Shown here in pieces: positions 1 through 11,782 of a stretch of 64,000 nt of DNA; within the stretch, counting starts at the first letter, position 1; each line of letters starts with the position of its first letter. This DNA is from Mantamonas sphyraenae STR306 (lineage: Eukaryota; Protista; CRuMs): contig JAPMXV010000041.1 of NCBI GenBank assembly GCA_026936335.1, forward strand, positions 100,708 to 164,707, written 5' to 3'. The position numbers and the translations under genes are program-made. The notes under the pieces are model-generated. The model worked only from the letters and a program-made list of their open reading frames with translations, was not told the DNA's origin and ran no database searches.

Positions 1-2455
1 GGTAAACACGCCCATCTTGAGTGTTTCCATGTCCGCCACATCCGCCTGCACCACCAATCCGCCGTGGCTGTTTGCCGTCACTCCCATGGACTCCAGTGTG
101 GCATCGATGTCCGCCTGTTCAAACACGCCGCCGGCGACGCTGAGGCGAGCCACGTACAGGACGAGGGCCTCCGGGTGCGGGATGCCCAGCTTGCCACCCT
201 GTTCCAGGTACAGGAGCATGCGCACGGTGGCAATGGTGTCGTCCGGGTGCACACGCACGGTGACGTGTTGCTCGTGGCCGTCCACGGTGGTGACGGTGAT
301 GGGCAGGGAGACGCCACGCACACCCACCGAGGGCAACTCGCGTGCCACACTGGCATGCTCACGCACCACACTGGCCAGAAAGTTGTCGGGTCGCTTGAGC
401 AGGAGGGCACCGTTGCATCGAAGGATGTCCGAGCGCAGGATGGTGGGTGCGTCGTACTCCGGGTAGGTGGGATCGTGACCCACCACAATGTGTGCCGCCA
501 GCTCCTCGGCATACTCCGGGTTGCTGTCCACCAGGTCCATAAACTGCATCATGTCCTGTCCAAACACGTTGATCTGCATCTGGGCCTCGGGTTCGTCGTC
601 CTTGAAGAAGGAGGTGAAGAAGTTGTCCTCCGCCACCTCTGCGTTGGCAAACCAGTTCACAAACTGGTACAACGCACGCTGGGCCACGGCCTCGCTAAAG
701 TCCCCGCTGCCACTCAGCATGTCGTTGAACTCGTCGATGCTGGGCGGCATGTCGTCAAACACCACCTTTTCAAACGAGGGCAACACCGTGTCCGTGCCCG
801 CCGCGTGGTGGGCCACAAACCCGGCGTAGCGTTCGTCCACCAGATTCACACGGATACGCGTGTAGCCCTCCAGACGCAACCGGTTCAGGATGCGCCAGTC
901 CGTCTGCAGCAGGTTGCTGCTCAGCGAGGTGTACACCAGTCGCGCGCCGCCGTCCTCCTGCGGGTTGGGGCAGGCGGCACGCGCAGCCTCCACCACCTTG
1001 CGTTCGTACGCGTCATGCAACAGCGCAAAGTCCGTGTAGACATACGGCGGATCCAGCAGGTACTCGCGCAGGTACGCCAGGGGACGCAGGGTAAAGTCTG
1101 CGCAGCTGTCCATCACATACTTGGCCATGTGCACACGCGGCGTGGCCTCCACACGGAACAGGTTGGCCACGCGGTCCACAAACACCTCGTCCAAAGGATA
1201 CATCTCCACGCAGACGGCCAGGCCCACCACGTCCGAATCGCCCGTGCTCGACGTGTGCGGGCCCGCACGGAACTTCCAGCGGCGCGACTGCAGATGTGCA
1301 GCCTTGGGTTGCACCACAGCCACCTCCACAGGGCGTCCGTCCTCGTCCGTGGGTCCGTGCAGCCACTGGCGATTCAGCCGGTTGATGTCCACCTCCGAGA
1401 AGCCGGCCAGGCGAGCCACGTGGTCCGCCAGCTGCGACACGTGCAGACGCTCGCCCGTGACACGGCACGCCACAAACTCGTACGCATCCATGTCATCCAC
1501 CATGCCTGCGTTGGCGCCGCCTCCGTTGGATGAGTTGTTGGAGGAAGAAGACCCTCCACCGCCGCCGCCGCCCTGTGCATCCTCGCGTGCTGTCAGCATG
1601 CGTTCGGTGAGCTCGTCGTCCTCGTCGTCTGCCAACCAGCAGCCTGCGTCAAAGTGACGCACGGTGCTGCCCTGCGACGCGTCGCCACAGAGTTGCACCA
1701 GCACGACGGCGTCCAGGTGCCATCCGGGTGTCATGCCCGAGTTGTCGTGGCCGATGCGCAGGCGACGGATGGGTGCCAGCAGGTACGGCAGACGCAACTC
1801 CACGTGGTTCACCTGGCCGCGCGCAAACATATCTCCGTCGCCCAGGGCCTGCAGCAGCGAATCGCCGCCTGCGTTGGTGTGTGTCACGCCGTTGCTTGTG
1901 CTGTGCTTGCCGTTCAGTGTGTACGTGTCCGACGTCACGCCCTGCTCGTCCACAAACGCCACAAACACGTGTGCGCTGGTGCCCGCGAGGAACTTGTCAC
2001 TGGTGCGGATCGCAAGGTGCACCACCGTCTCCCCCTCGTTCGGACGCATCACACTGTCCACCTGGATGCCCATCAGGTCTGTGTTGCTGTTGCTGTCTCC
2101 ACCCTGTTGTTGCTGCTGCTGCTGCTGCTGTTCATCGTCGTCGTCGTCGCCACCAAACATGCTTGCAAATGAGTCCACCAACGACGACTTGCGCCTCTCC
2201 TGCTGCTGGCCGTCCACTGGTGCCTCTGCACTGCTTGCTGGCACACTCAGGCTGTTGGTACTTGCCGACGCTTGCTGCGACTTGTCATGTGCTGCTGCCG
2301 CCTGCGCCTGTGCCGCCTGTGCTGCGCCTGCATCGGCTGTCGCCGTGCTTGCCTCCTCACCGTTCGTTCGGCTGCTGTCGCTGCTGCTGCCGCCAAAAAA
2401 GCCAGCAAACGAATCCACCAACGACGTCTCTTCTTCCTTTGCAGCTGCTGCCTGT

Positions 2456-2487
<32 letters not shown>

Positions 2488-4745
2488 CTGCTGCTGCTGC
2501 TGTGCCTGGACGTCACTCGGTTGCTCCAACGGTGCGTTGCCCGTTGCCTGTGCCTGTTGCAGAGCCAGCTGTTGGTGCAGAGGGTTCGACGACGAATCCA
2601 CACTCGCGTGTTGTGGCACCTGCCCCACCGGCTCAGCCACGGGTTCGGGTTCGTCAAACGGGTTGCTCGAGCCCAGCGAGAACCCTGCAAAGATGCCACC
2701 TCCCTGGGCGTTGTTGTTGTTGGTGTTGTTGGTGTTGGTGGTGGTGTTGGTGGTGGGGATGGACGAGGAGGCGGTGGAGGTTGCATGCGACTCGATTGCC
2801 GTCTGCTGGTGGTGCTGGTGGTGCTGGTGCTGCTGGTGCTGCTGCGGGGTGCTGGTGTTGCTCTGCACCACCGTGGTGGAAGCCACGGATTCGTTGGCAC
2901 GCACCACAGCATCCTCAATGCTTGCACTCCACTGCAGGTAGTCCTCCATGCCCAGGGCCCTGAAGCTGCGCACCTTGGTGCCGGCGTCAAAGTTGAACTG
3001 AAACTTGTCGTCCTGCATGGACAGACCCGTGCCTGCAAGCGGCACCGTCAGCTTGTGTGCCAAGCTGCCCTCCTTCTTGTCTTCCTTGTACACCTCCAGT
3101 GCCGTCTCAAACAGCCGGCAGTACCGGTCCTTCCAGATGATCTTGTTGCTGCGTGTCTCACACCGCTGCTTCAGCACACCCTCCACAAGCACCTGCTGAC
3201 CCGTGTGGTCCATCTCACTCACGTCATCTGATCCCGATCCCACCGACAGCATGCTCATCGTCGAGTCCATGCGCTCCACACGTCCCAACGGTCCCTGACG
3301 GACACTCGGCGACCACCCACCATTCGCCTCGTCACCCCCAGCACCTCCAGCACCACCATTGACTGCACCGGACGCAACCTGGTTCTTCTGCGCCTCAAGG
3401 TACGCAGGCCACACCTGAACAAAGGGCGACTTGCTGTCCACTCCCTGCAGACCCAGCGGGTTCTTGCCCACAAGCACCTTGGGGCACTCGTTGCCTCGGT
3501 TGTAGAACAGTTCAAAGTCCGCCGGCAGCGATGTCAGCTGGTTCGACGACACATCCAATGTCTGCAGCTTGGGCAGCGAGCCAAACCCTTCTGGAAGCGC
3601 TGTCAGCTGGTTTTTGGCACCAGCAGCTTTTTCAGCGATTCAATGTGGGCCATGCCCGCAGGAATCGACGTCAACTTGTTCCCACTCAGGCTGTGTGTGT
3701 GTGTGTGTGTGTGTGTGTGCATGTGTGCATGTGTGCATGCGTGTGTGTGGGTGTCGTTGATGCAAACACAGTCACCCCGCATATGTGTGTCAGCATGGGA
3801 CGTTTGTTCGCCGACACGGCGCCAATCCTGGAGTCGCCAACTCACCGCAAATCAGTCATGCGTTCCAACAGCTCAAAGCTCGACGGCAACTCTGTCAGAC
3901 CGTTCTTCTCCAGGTTCAACAGCTGTGTATGGCACATATGCAGTGTGTGCGAGTCAGCATGTGTGCATGTGTGCCTGCATGCCTGCGAAAAACGCGCCAA
4001 CAGGGTGGCTCCCTCTGCTGCGAATTTTCGCTCCCGGTCCCGAGGCAACTCACCAGGATGTGCGTGGCCTCTGCAATCTCCTCTGGAATATGCGTGATCT
4101 CATTGGATGCCAGACGCAGACGCTTGAGTCCCTTGAGGTGCACCACCTCCAACGGGAAGCTGTGTGTGCGCATGTGCGTGTCAGCAAACGCAGGTCAAGA
4201 CCCACCGCGTCGCAAAGAGAGAGGGCTTCACCAATGTTGCCTTTTGCCGCCTTTCGTGCCTCCGTTCTGCCTCATGCACACCTACCTGCTCAGTCGGTTG
4301 TTGTTCAAATCCAACACCTCCAACTTGCTCAGCTCGAGAATGCGTTCGTCGACCGATTCGATCTCGTTGTTGGCCAAATCGAGCTGCTTGAGGTCTGCGC
4401 ATTTCGGTGTCCCCGTGTCAGCGAATCCTCCCGTCGTGTGCCACTTCCGGCCCCCGGTGCTCTCGTCCATGCATTGTGCTGCGCATGCAATCTCATCCAA
4501 CATCGCATCACCCGTCCATCCACACAACCTACCAGTGAGTTCAAACACCTCGTCAGGGATGCTCTTGAGCCCTCTGTCGTTGATTTTCAGCTTGCGGGTT
4601 CTAAATCGACGTTTGTCAGCCACCGTTCGTACCAGAGCACCCCTCCCGTCCTCTTCCGTCCCGCTTCTCTCCTTTGCCACATCCCTCCACATCCCCGTCC
4701 CACTCACTTCTTGGCTGCCGCCAGTTCCTCAGCAAACGCAGACAT
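1..4745 (-). CDS. Large multi-exon LRR + PH + PLAT/LH2 domain protein; 3' end runs off the window
   Basis: ATG at 4745 (MSAFAEELAAAKK). LRR exons (LKQLDLANNEIESVD, LRLASNEITHIP, LNLEKNGLTELP, LDVSSNQLTSLP). PH domain at ~2900-3200 (VEGVLKQ..IWKDRYCRL..QWSASIEDAV). PLAT at ~1640-2030 (IRTSDKFLAGTSAHVFV..LRIGHDNSGMTPGWHLD). One apparent homopolymer frameshift near 3612. Confidence 0.75.
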
Positions 4746-4981
4746 GGTGTCGTTTGGCGATGCGATGGAAGGGGAAAATCTGTGGTGGCAACTCCGCCCT
4801 CCCTTTCCACTCCATTCTGCTCTGCTTCTCCAGGGTGGTTCCCAACCCAACATCGAAATCACAGGTGTGCGTTGCATGCACATGTAACAATGAGCCCTTG
4901 CACAAGTTGGGTTTTCATCGATTTCCTGTTGACGTGATTTCAAAAACCCCCCCCCCCCTCACCCGTACCAAGCGGCTGTGC

Positions 4982-5884
4982 TCATGCGTTGACACTTGCT
5001 TCATCGACGCCATCGTAGCCACGTGGGCCACCTGTGATGAGGCGAAGGAAAAGGTGTTTCCACAGGAGGAGGTTCTCCTGGGTGGTGCCGAGGACGATAA
5101 AGACGTCGAGGCCGATGGACGAGAGGGCAATGGCATGGCCCAACTCCAACGCAAACACAGGATCCTTTGGATGAAAGGCCTGATAGGCACGGTGCACAAA
5201 CATGGTGATGAAGATGGCAAAAAACACAAAGACAAACACCACGTGCCTGCCAAAGGTGAACCGGTCCACCTGGGTGACGTTGTGAATCTTGACCATGACG
5301 GCAGTCCACAGGACGGTGCCCACCAGCAGGAGGAGGCCCATGACGGCGTAGAAGAAGGAAAACTGGATGCTGCCCTCTTTCACGCCTTTGATCCAACACC
5401 ACAAGCCCAGGTAGCCCATGTTGTCCGTAAACATGGGCACTAGGGTTAGTAGCACGGGGAAGCCCAGTGAGAAGATAAGGAAGCGCTTCTCGTTGCGGTT
5501 GTCCGTGTGGAACTGCTCGCGGCAGATCAGGTCGTACAGGTTGACCACGATGCAGAACCACCAGCAGATTGTGGACGTGCCCATGTACTGAATAAAGAAC
5601 GCCTGCGTGAGACACAGTGCATTGTTGGTCACCAGCGCACCGTAGCCTGAAAACTGCGGGATGGTCAGGGCCGCGCTCAGGGCGCACGCAGGCAGCGCAA
5701 AGTACAACGAAAGCCGCTGCGGGTATCTCCTCTTGCGTTCAAACACAAGGTAGGTGAGGACCACAAAGGCACTGGTGATGAGCGAGGCCACAGAGATCAC
5801 CTCGTAGGTGTGTTTCAGCAAAAGTTGCTCGTCTTGCGTGAACGGCGTCGGAGGCATCTGTTCCGCCCCACCCGGCTGTGACAT
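4982..5884 (-). CDS. 7TM GPCR, Dictyostelium cAMP-receptor (CAR/Crl)-like
   Basis: Single exon, 300 aa from MSQPGG. Seven hydrophobic segments; motifs LCLTQAFFIQY and GYLGLWCWI. Confidence 0.75.
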   Translation of the reverse strand: MSQPGGAEQMPPTPFTQDEQLLLKHTYEVISVASLITSAFVVLTYLVFERKRRYPQRLSLYFALPACALSAALTIPQFSGYGALVTNNALCLTQAFFIQYMGTSTICWWFCIVVNLYDLICREQFHTDNRNEKRFLIFSLGFPVLLTLVPMFTDNMGYLGLWCWIKGVKEGSIQFSFFYAVMGLLLLVGTVLWTAVMVKIHNVTQVDRFTFGRHVVFVFVFFAIFITMFVHRAYQAFHPKDPVFALELGHAIALSSIGLDVFIVLGTTQENLLLWKHLFLRLITGGPRGYDGVDEASVNA

Positions 5885-6030
5885 GATGATCAATGTGTGT
5901 GCTAATGTGTCGGATTGTGTGTGTGTGTGTGGATCGAGTGTCGATGAAATGGGTTGGATTGACAACGGCAACAACCACCTTTCTTTCTTTCTTCTCCCTC
6001 TCATTTCCTCCCCATCACCACCAATCATCA

Positions 6031-6675
6031 TCATCCGAAAAGCTTCATGTAGCAATCGGAGCAATACGGGTGGCCCTTGGCGTCGTCGTGGTATTCCTGG
6101 CCTGCAAGGAGGCTGTTGCACAGGTGGCAGAGAAAGTGCTCGGGGTGCCACTTCTTGCCCAGTGCGGTGACACATTTGCCCTGGATGGCCTGGTTGCAGC
6201 CACCACAGATGGTGCCTGCAAAGCTGTTGTAGTGTGTGGCACAGTAGGGGAACCCATCGCGTTCGTAAAAGGTGCCCGATGTAAAGGGACCATTGCAGGT
6301 GGCGCAGACAAAGTGTTCCGGGTGCCACGTCTTGCCCAGCGCGTTCACAAGCTCCCCCACAATGGGCATGAGACACTTGGCACAGCGTTGCGAGTACATC
6401 TGATGGAAGCACGACTCACAGTACGCCTGCTCGTCACGCTCGTAAAAGGTGGCCCCGTTGAACGGCGTGGCACACTCGGCACACGCAAAGTGCTCCACGT
6501 GCCAATACTTGTTCATGGCAATGATGGAACCCTCCATCACCGGCTGGTGGCATCCCGCACAACGTGGGCTAAACAGCTCCGTGTAGCATTCCTCACAGTA
6601 CGGCTTGTTCTCATTTGCATAGAACGTCACCTGGCCCAAATCCCGGTTGCACGCCTGGCAGCTGAAGCACGCCTG

Positions 6676-6720
<45 letters not shown>

Positions 6721-7789
6721 CCCATCACACAACCACCAAATCCACACACCCCATTTTGTGTACAGCCATCCACACAGCCCCGTTTCGTGTCAGTGGCGCT
6801 CACCAGGGAGAGAGGGGCTTCTTTGAGACTCGGGATTCTCCACACACGAAAAAAAAATGGGGACAAGCTAAAAAAGGGCCACGTACGTTATGCCACGACT
6901 GTTCCAGAGCCTCGAGACAGGGACCAACGATGTTCTGTTGGCATTTGCCACAGGTCTTGACGCCTGTCTGGGACTTGACGGTGCTCATGTCCTTGTCCAG
7001 GCCGCTGAGGATGCTGTCCAGAGCCGTTCCGCCTCCGCTGCTTGCCTGCGTCTCGTTGAGCTTCTGCAGTGGCGTGCTGCCTCCACCATTGCTGGCAGAG
7101 TTCAGCAACGAGTCCAGCTCAGACACCTGCGGCTTGATCTGTCCTGCACTGCTCAGCAAGGCGTCCAAATCGCTGCCGCTGTTGCTGCTCATTGTTGTTG
7201 TTGTCGTCGTCGTCGTCGGCTTGCTCCCACCACCACCACCACTCAGTGAGCCCATCAGAGCATCCAATTCACTGCTCCCTCCACGGCTGCTTGCGCCTGC
7301 GCTGCTCGTCGTCGTCGTCGTCGTCGTCGTCTTGTTGTTTGTGCTGCTTCCGCCGCTCAGCGAGCCCATCAGGGCGTCCAGTTCGCTACTGCTGCTGCTG
7401 CTGTTGTTGCTTGCCTTGGTCGTCGTGGTACCACCACCACCACCACCACCACCTCCTCCTCCTCCACCCAATGACCCCATCAGTGCGTCCAGTTCACTGC
7501 TTCCGCCGCTGCTGGCCGTGTTTCCGCTTGGGCTCTTTCCGCCTCCAAGCGACCCCATCAACGCATCCAACTCGCTGCCTCCTCCCGACGGCTTCGGCGG
7601 CGCCACGTTCGGTCGCTGTCCCGCTCCTGTTCCGCCACTGCCCAGCGAACTCATCAGTGCGTCGAGCTCGTCACCGCCTCCACCTCCTCCGGGTGCAGGC
7701 GGGGGCATGTTCGGTCGCGACCCCGCAGCCGACGCGGTGTTGCCGCTTTTGCCTTGCAGACTGCCCAGAAGTGCATCCAAATCAGACAT
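6031..7789 (-). CDS. PXN: Paxillin-like protein (LD motifs + 4 LIM domains), one intron ~6675-6886
   Basis: N-terminal (E/D)LDAL(L/M)xSL repeats; four C-terminal LIM domains (e.g. ALGKTWHPEHFVC, ALGKKWHPEHFLC). Confidence 0.88.
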
Positions 7790-7930
7790 CGTGTGTGCGT
7801 TTGTGCGTGTGTAGGTGATGTGACGTGATGTGATGTGATGTGATGTGTGTGCTTGGGAGCAGCAGCAAGAAAACGCAATTCAGAATGATTGCCGGCGTCG
7901 TCGCAGCCATACGAATCTTCCCTCACAAAC

Positions 7931-10900
7931 ATGAGCCGTGCGGAGAGGGAAAGATGGGACGGTGTCGTGCAACTGTCCCAGCAGCTGGTCATGAATCTGA
8001 GCGGCCTGGACCCACACGAGGACCAGGGTGACTTTGTCACGGCCACTCACTTTGTCCTCGACAACCTGGACAACCACACGTTTCTCGACGTCGACCCACA
8101 CAAGCAGCGCAAACTGTATTCAGGGTGAGTTTTGAACCGCACAACCAAGCCGGAATTGCCCGCTGGTTCCTGACACACGCGAGTTTGCTCCAAATCCGAA
8201 CTCCGCACACAGCCTCGTCGACAAGCTCTCTTTGCAGGGCCACGAGAGCAAGAGCAACCGCCTGGCTCAGCTCCTGGCCGAATTTGCACACACAGATGTA
8301 CATACAGAAATCTCGAGGGTATGTGTGAAAGGTGGAAAGGGCAGAAACGTGCGTCGCGGCGCGGCGAAACACTCACCCTCGTTTTTGGCGCCATCCACGT
8401 ACAGGACGCCCCCAGCGCCATTCTGATGCTTCTCCACCTGCTCTCCAACAACCCAGGCGGTTTACTGGCAGGCGACCGTGCCACAGAGGTGACAGATGCT
8501 GCCGCACATGTACAGGAGGGCAGCGGGAAGCCGGACAACGAGCGAGACGGAGATCAGCCGAAAGCCATGGTGTTTGCCACGCCACTGCCACGCCACACAC
8601 TGCGCACACGGATTGAAGAGTTGGCAGAAGAGGCACGTCAGGCAGCACTGGAGGCCGAAGAGGAGGCCGAGGAGGACGTATGGTCAGACGAGAGCGAGTT
8701 GTCTGATTGGGGATCGCTGACGTCTCATGAGGAGGAGGAGGAAGAGGAAGAGGAGGAGGTCGATGATGAAGTTGCGGCCGGCAAAGATGCTTTGGGGCGA
8801 CTGGATGACTCGGTGGAGATTACATTGGACGACAAGGCTGATGCAAAGGTGATGGAAGGAGATCCGGGGCGGGTTCAAGATGGGGAGAAGCAACAGGACT
8901 GGTTTGTGGACTTGGAGAGGAGGAGACACATGAGGCAAAGGGTGCAACCTGGATTCTGGAAGACGAGCAAAGGACCAGGGAGCAGCAGGGCGGCACAGGC
9001 AAGATGGATGGAGCTGCAAAAGAATGCCATGTGGAGCAGCGCGGTGTTGCTGAGACATCCAGAGTTGACACAGGCTGCATGTGACGCAGGCATGTCGGAC
9101 GTGTTTGAGGTGGGCGAACGCAAGGTGATGGAGGAGCGTGTGCTGGTGAGGCAAGTGTGCGACATGTTGGCAGACGTGCAGACGGATCTGTTTGCGTGGG
9201 AGGAGCAGGCGCAACGGTATGTGGTGCGCAACCAAGGCGTGCAGTTGGCGCACGTGTCTGCACGCGCGGTGGAACAGTGTCTGTCGCCGCTGTTGGACAT
9301 GGGGTCGCGCGTGGCACAGCTGCGCGTGTTTGTGCGAGACGCAAACGATCCGTACAGCGACAAGAGCAGCGTGCTGCAAGGGTTTGCCCAGGGCATTGCG
9401 CACGTGTTTGCTCTGTTCCAACACGATCTGGAAGTGCTACAGCGGCGCGCACGTCACCTGACCGCGTCTGGAGCGGCGTCCAGCGCATCGGAGGATGTGC
9501 ACAACATGCGCGCCTACGAGAGTGTGGCACAGCGGCGCATGTGCAGCACACTGATGGGGCTGCACACGTGTCTGGCAGACTGGGAGCGGGACTGGGCGCA
9601 CCTGCACGCCCTGTACATGGCGTCGTATGTGGATCTGGCACACATGTTGGCCGGGGATATGCATGCAGACGAACACAAGGTGACGTACTTTGACGACTAT
9701 GGGGACGTGATGCGGTCAGCGCACACGCTGCAGGTGCTGTACGACGACGTGCAGGGCCTGAGCACGGCGGCGCCTGCGGGCACGTCGCACACGCTTGCAT
9801 TTAGCATGCACGTGTTTCTCTGCGCCCTGCGTCCCTATGTGGACATCATGGACACGTGGCTGTACGACGGCACCCTGAACGACCCCAAGCGCGAGTTTTT
9901 TGTGCAACAACGCAGCGATGTGCAGCCACGTTCGCTGGAGTATTGGAAGCAGGCGTTCATGCTGCCGCTGCACTCGTTTGGCGCCAGGTCGCAGTCGGGT
10001 GTGGCATGGGGCTCGTTGGGCTCGCTGGTGCCTTCGTTCATGCACAAGCTGGCCGTGTGTGTGCTGGTGGTGGGCAAATCGGCACATTTGGTGCAACTTA
10101 TCGACGACGTGCCACTCAGCATACACAAGCACTTTGGGCAGGACTTGTCACGCAGCAACCTGGCGGATCTGAGCGGCATGAGTGCCGAACGGGGCGCGTT
10201 GGGCAGGGTTTCCCTGAACGCCTTGTTTGTGACCTCGCTGTGCAGTATGGTGGAAGACATAGCCAGCGTCGGTGAGGTGGAAGTGAGCGTGAGGGACGAG
10301 TCTGAGGAGGAGGAGGAGGAGGAGGAGGATGACGAGTCGGTGGAAGTGATTGAGATCGAAGAGGTGGTGGACGAGAGCGGAACAGACGTAGCAGTAGCAC
10401 AGCAAGACGAGGTGCAAGGGTTGTTTGCGCGTGCCGATGGCCTGGCACCCATCGCTACGCTGGCCACCCGGTGTGATGCAGGTGACCTGTTGGACGTGTC
10501 GTCGTGGACGGCTGCTCAAACGCACGAGGCCAGTTTGGCCGCATGGATGGACAAGACGCAAGAGACGCTGTGGGTGACACGGACAGTGGACAGTCACGGT
10601 GCACACAATGGGAACAAGCAGGAAGAGGGACAGCGGCTGGGTGAGACGTGGCTCGCGCAGGAGGAGATCGGAGAGGTGAGTGTGCAGACGTTGATGCGCT
10701 GGATGCAAACATGTGGGGGCTCTGCGTGGTTCAGTGCACGCCAAGTGGTGGACCAGTGTCTCGGCAAACACATCTGGAAACGGTACGGGGAGATCAGTCC
10801 GTCTCTGGTCCAGCTCATGTTCCAGGAATGCGAGCTGGAGGGCCATCTGGAAGTGCTCGCGGACGTGCTGTTGCACCAAGCGGGACCCGCCATGCACCAT

Positions 10901-11719
10901 TTTGGCTGCGGACTGTTTACGTTGGTGCAGCGTGGCAGCGACGCGTGGCGTGACGAGTACCTGCTGAACGAACAGCTGCAGGAGTCGGTGCAGGTGTTTG
11001 TGGACGACCCGTTTGTGGATCTGGAACAAGGGCCCAGCCACAGGTTGTTGATGGTGACGGTGCACGAAGAGGTGGAGGTGGATGTGGCCGGTGCAGGGCT
11101 GTTTGATTGCATCGAAGTGGACATGCAGACGGAATGGCCGTTGAATTTGGTGATCAACGTGCCGGCCATGGCCATGTACAACCAGGTGCACAGGTTGGTG
11201 CTGGAGGTGAAACTGGCCAAGTGGCAGCTGGACGAGAGTCTGCCCAGCAAGGTGAGTGGACTGAAGGGTCGCCGGCGGGCAGGCGACGCCCTGGTGCACA
11301 GGCTGGAACTATTGCGTCACCGTATGCTGCACTTTGTAGACACCCTGTACGGCTTTGTGTTGGACCAGGTGGTTAACCTGCAGCGGGTGCAGTTCAAGGA
11401 GGAATTGCAGGCGGCTCGCGATCTGGACCAGCTGCTTGCGGCGCACCAGGACTACCTGGAGCGATGCCTTTACGTGTGCTTTCTCACAGACAAGCACGCA
11501 CCTCTGCTGCGTGCGCTGCGTGTCATCCTGTCCCAGTGTGCACGCATGCGATCACTGTACGTGCGGCAATGCGCACAGCGGGATGGCCAGGATGCGGAGG
11601 AGCGACGCAAGGTGCGCACGCAGCTGCAACAGCTGGAGGCGGACCATGCGCGCTGGAGTGAGTTTGTCATGGGGCTGCTTGCACGTGTGGGAAGTGGCTT
11701 GGCGGTGTTGTTGGGATGA
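7931..11719 (+). CDS. TUBGCP5: Gamma-tubulin complex component, GCP5-like; short 5' introns
   Basis: GRIP-type motifs RPYVDIMDTWLYDGTLNDPKREFFV, WPLNLVI, HQDYLERCLYVCFL. Acidic N-terminal region (DVWSDESELSDW) resembles GCP5. Confidence 0.78.
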
Positions 11720-11782
11720 TTGTCAAAGTCAATGGAAGTTGCTCGCACAGCGAACCAGCGAAACCAATTCGTTTGTGCAGTC

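Noticed and set aside
3690-6720. (TG)n/(CA)n tracts as special elements
   Set aside because: Ordinary microsatellites found in many introns and intergenic regions throughout the window.
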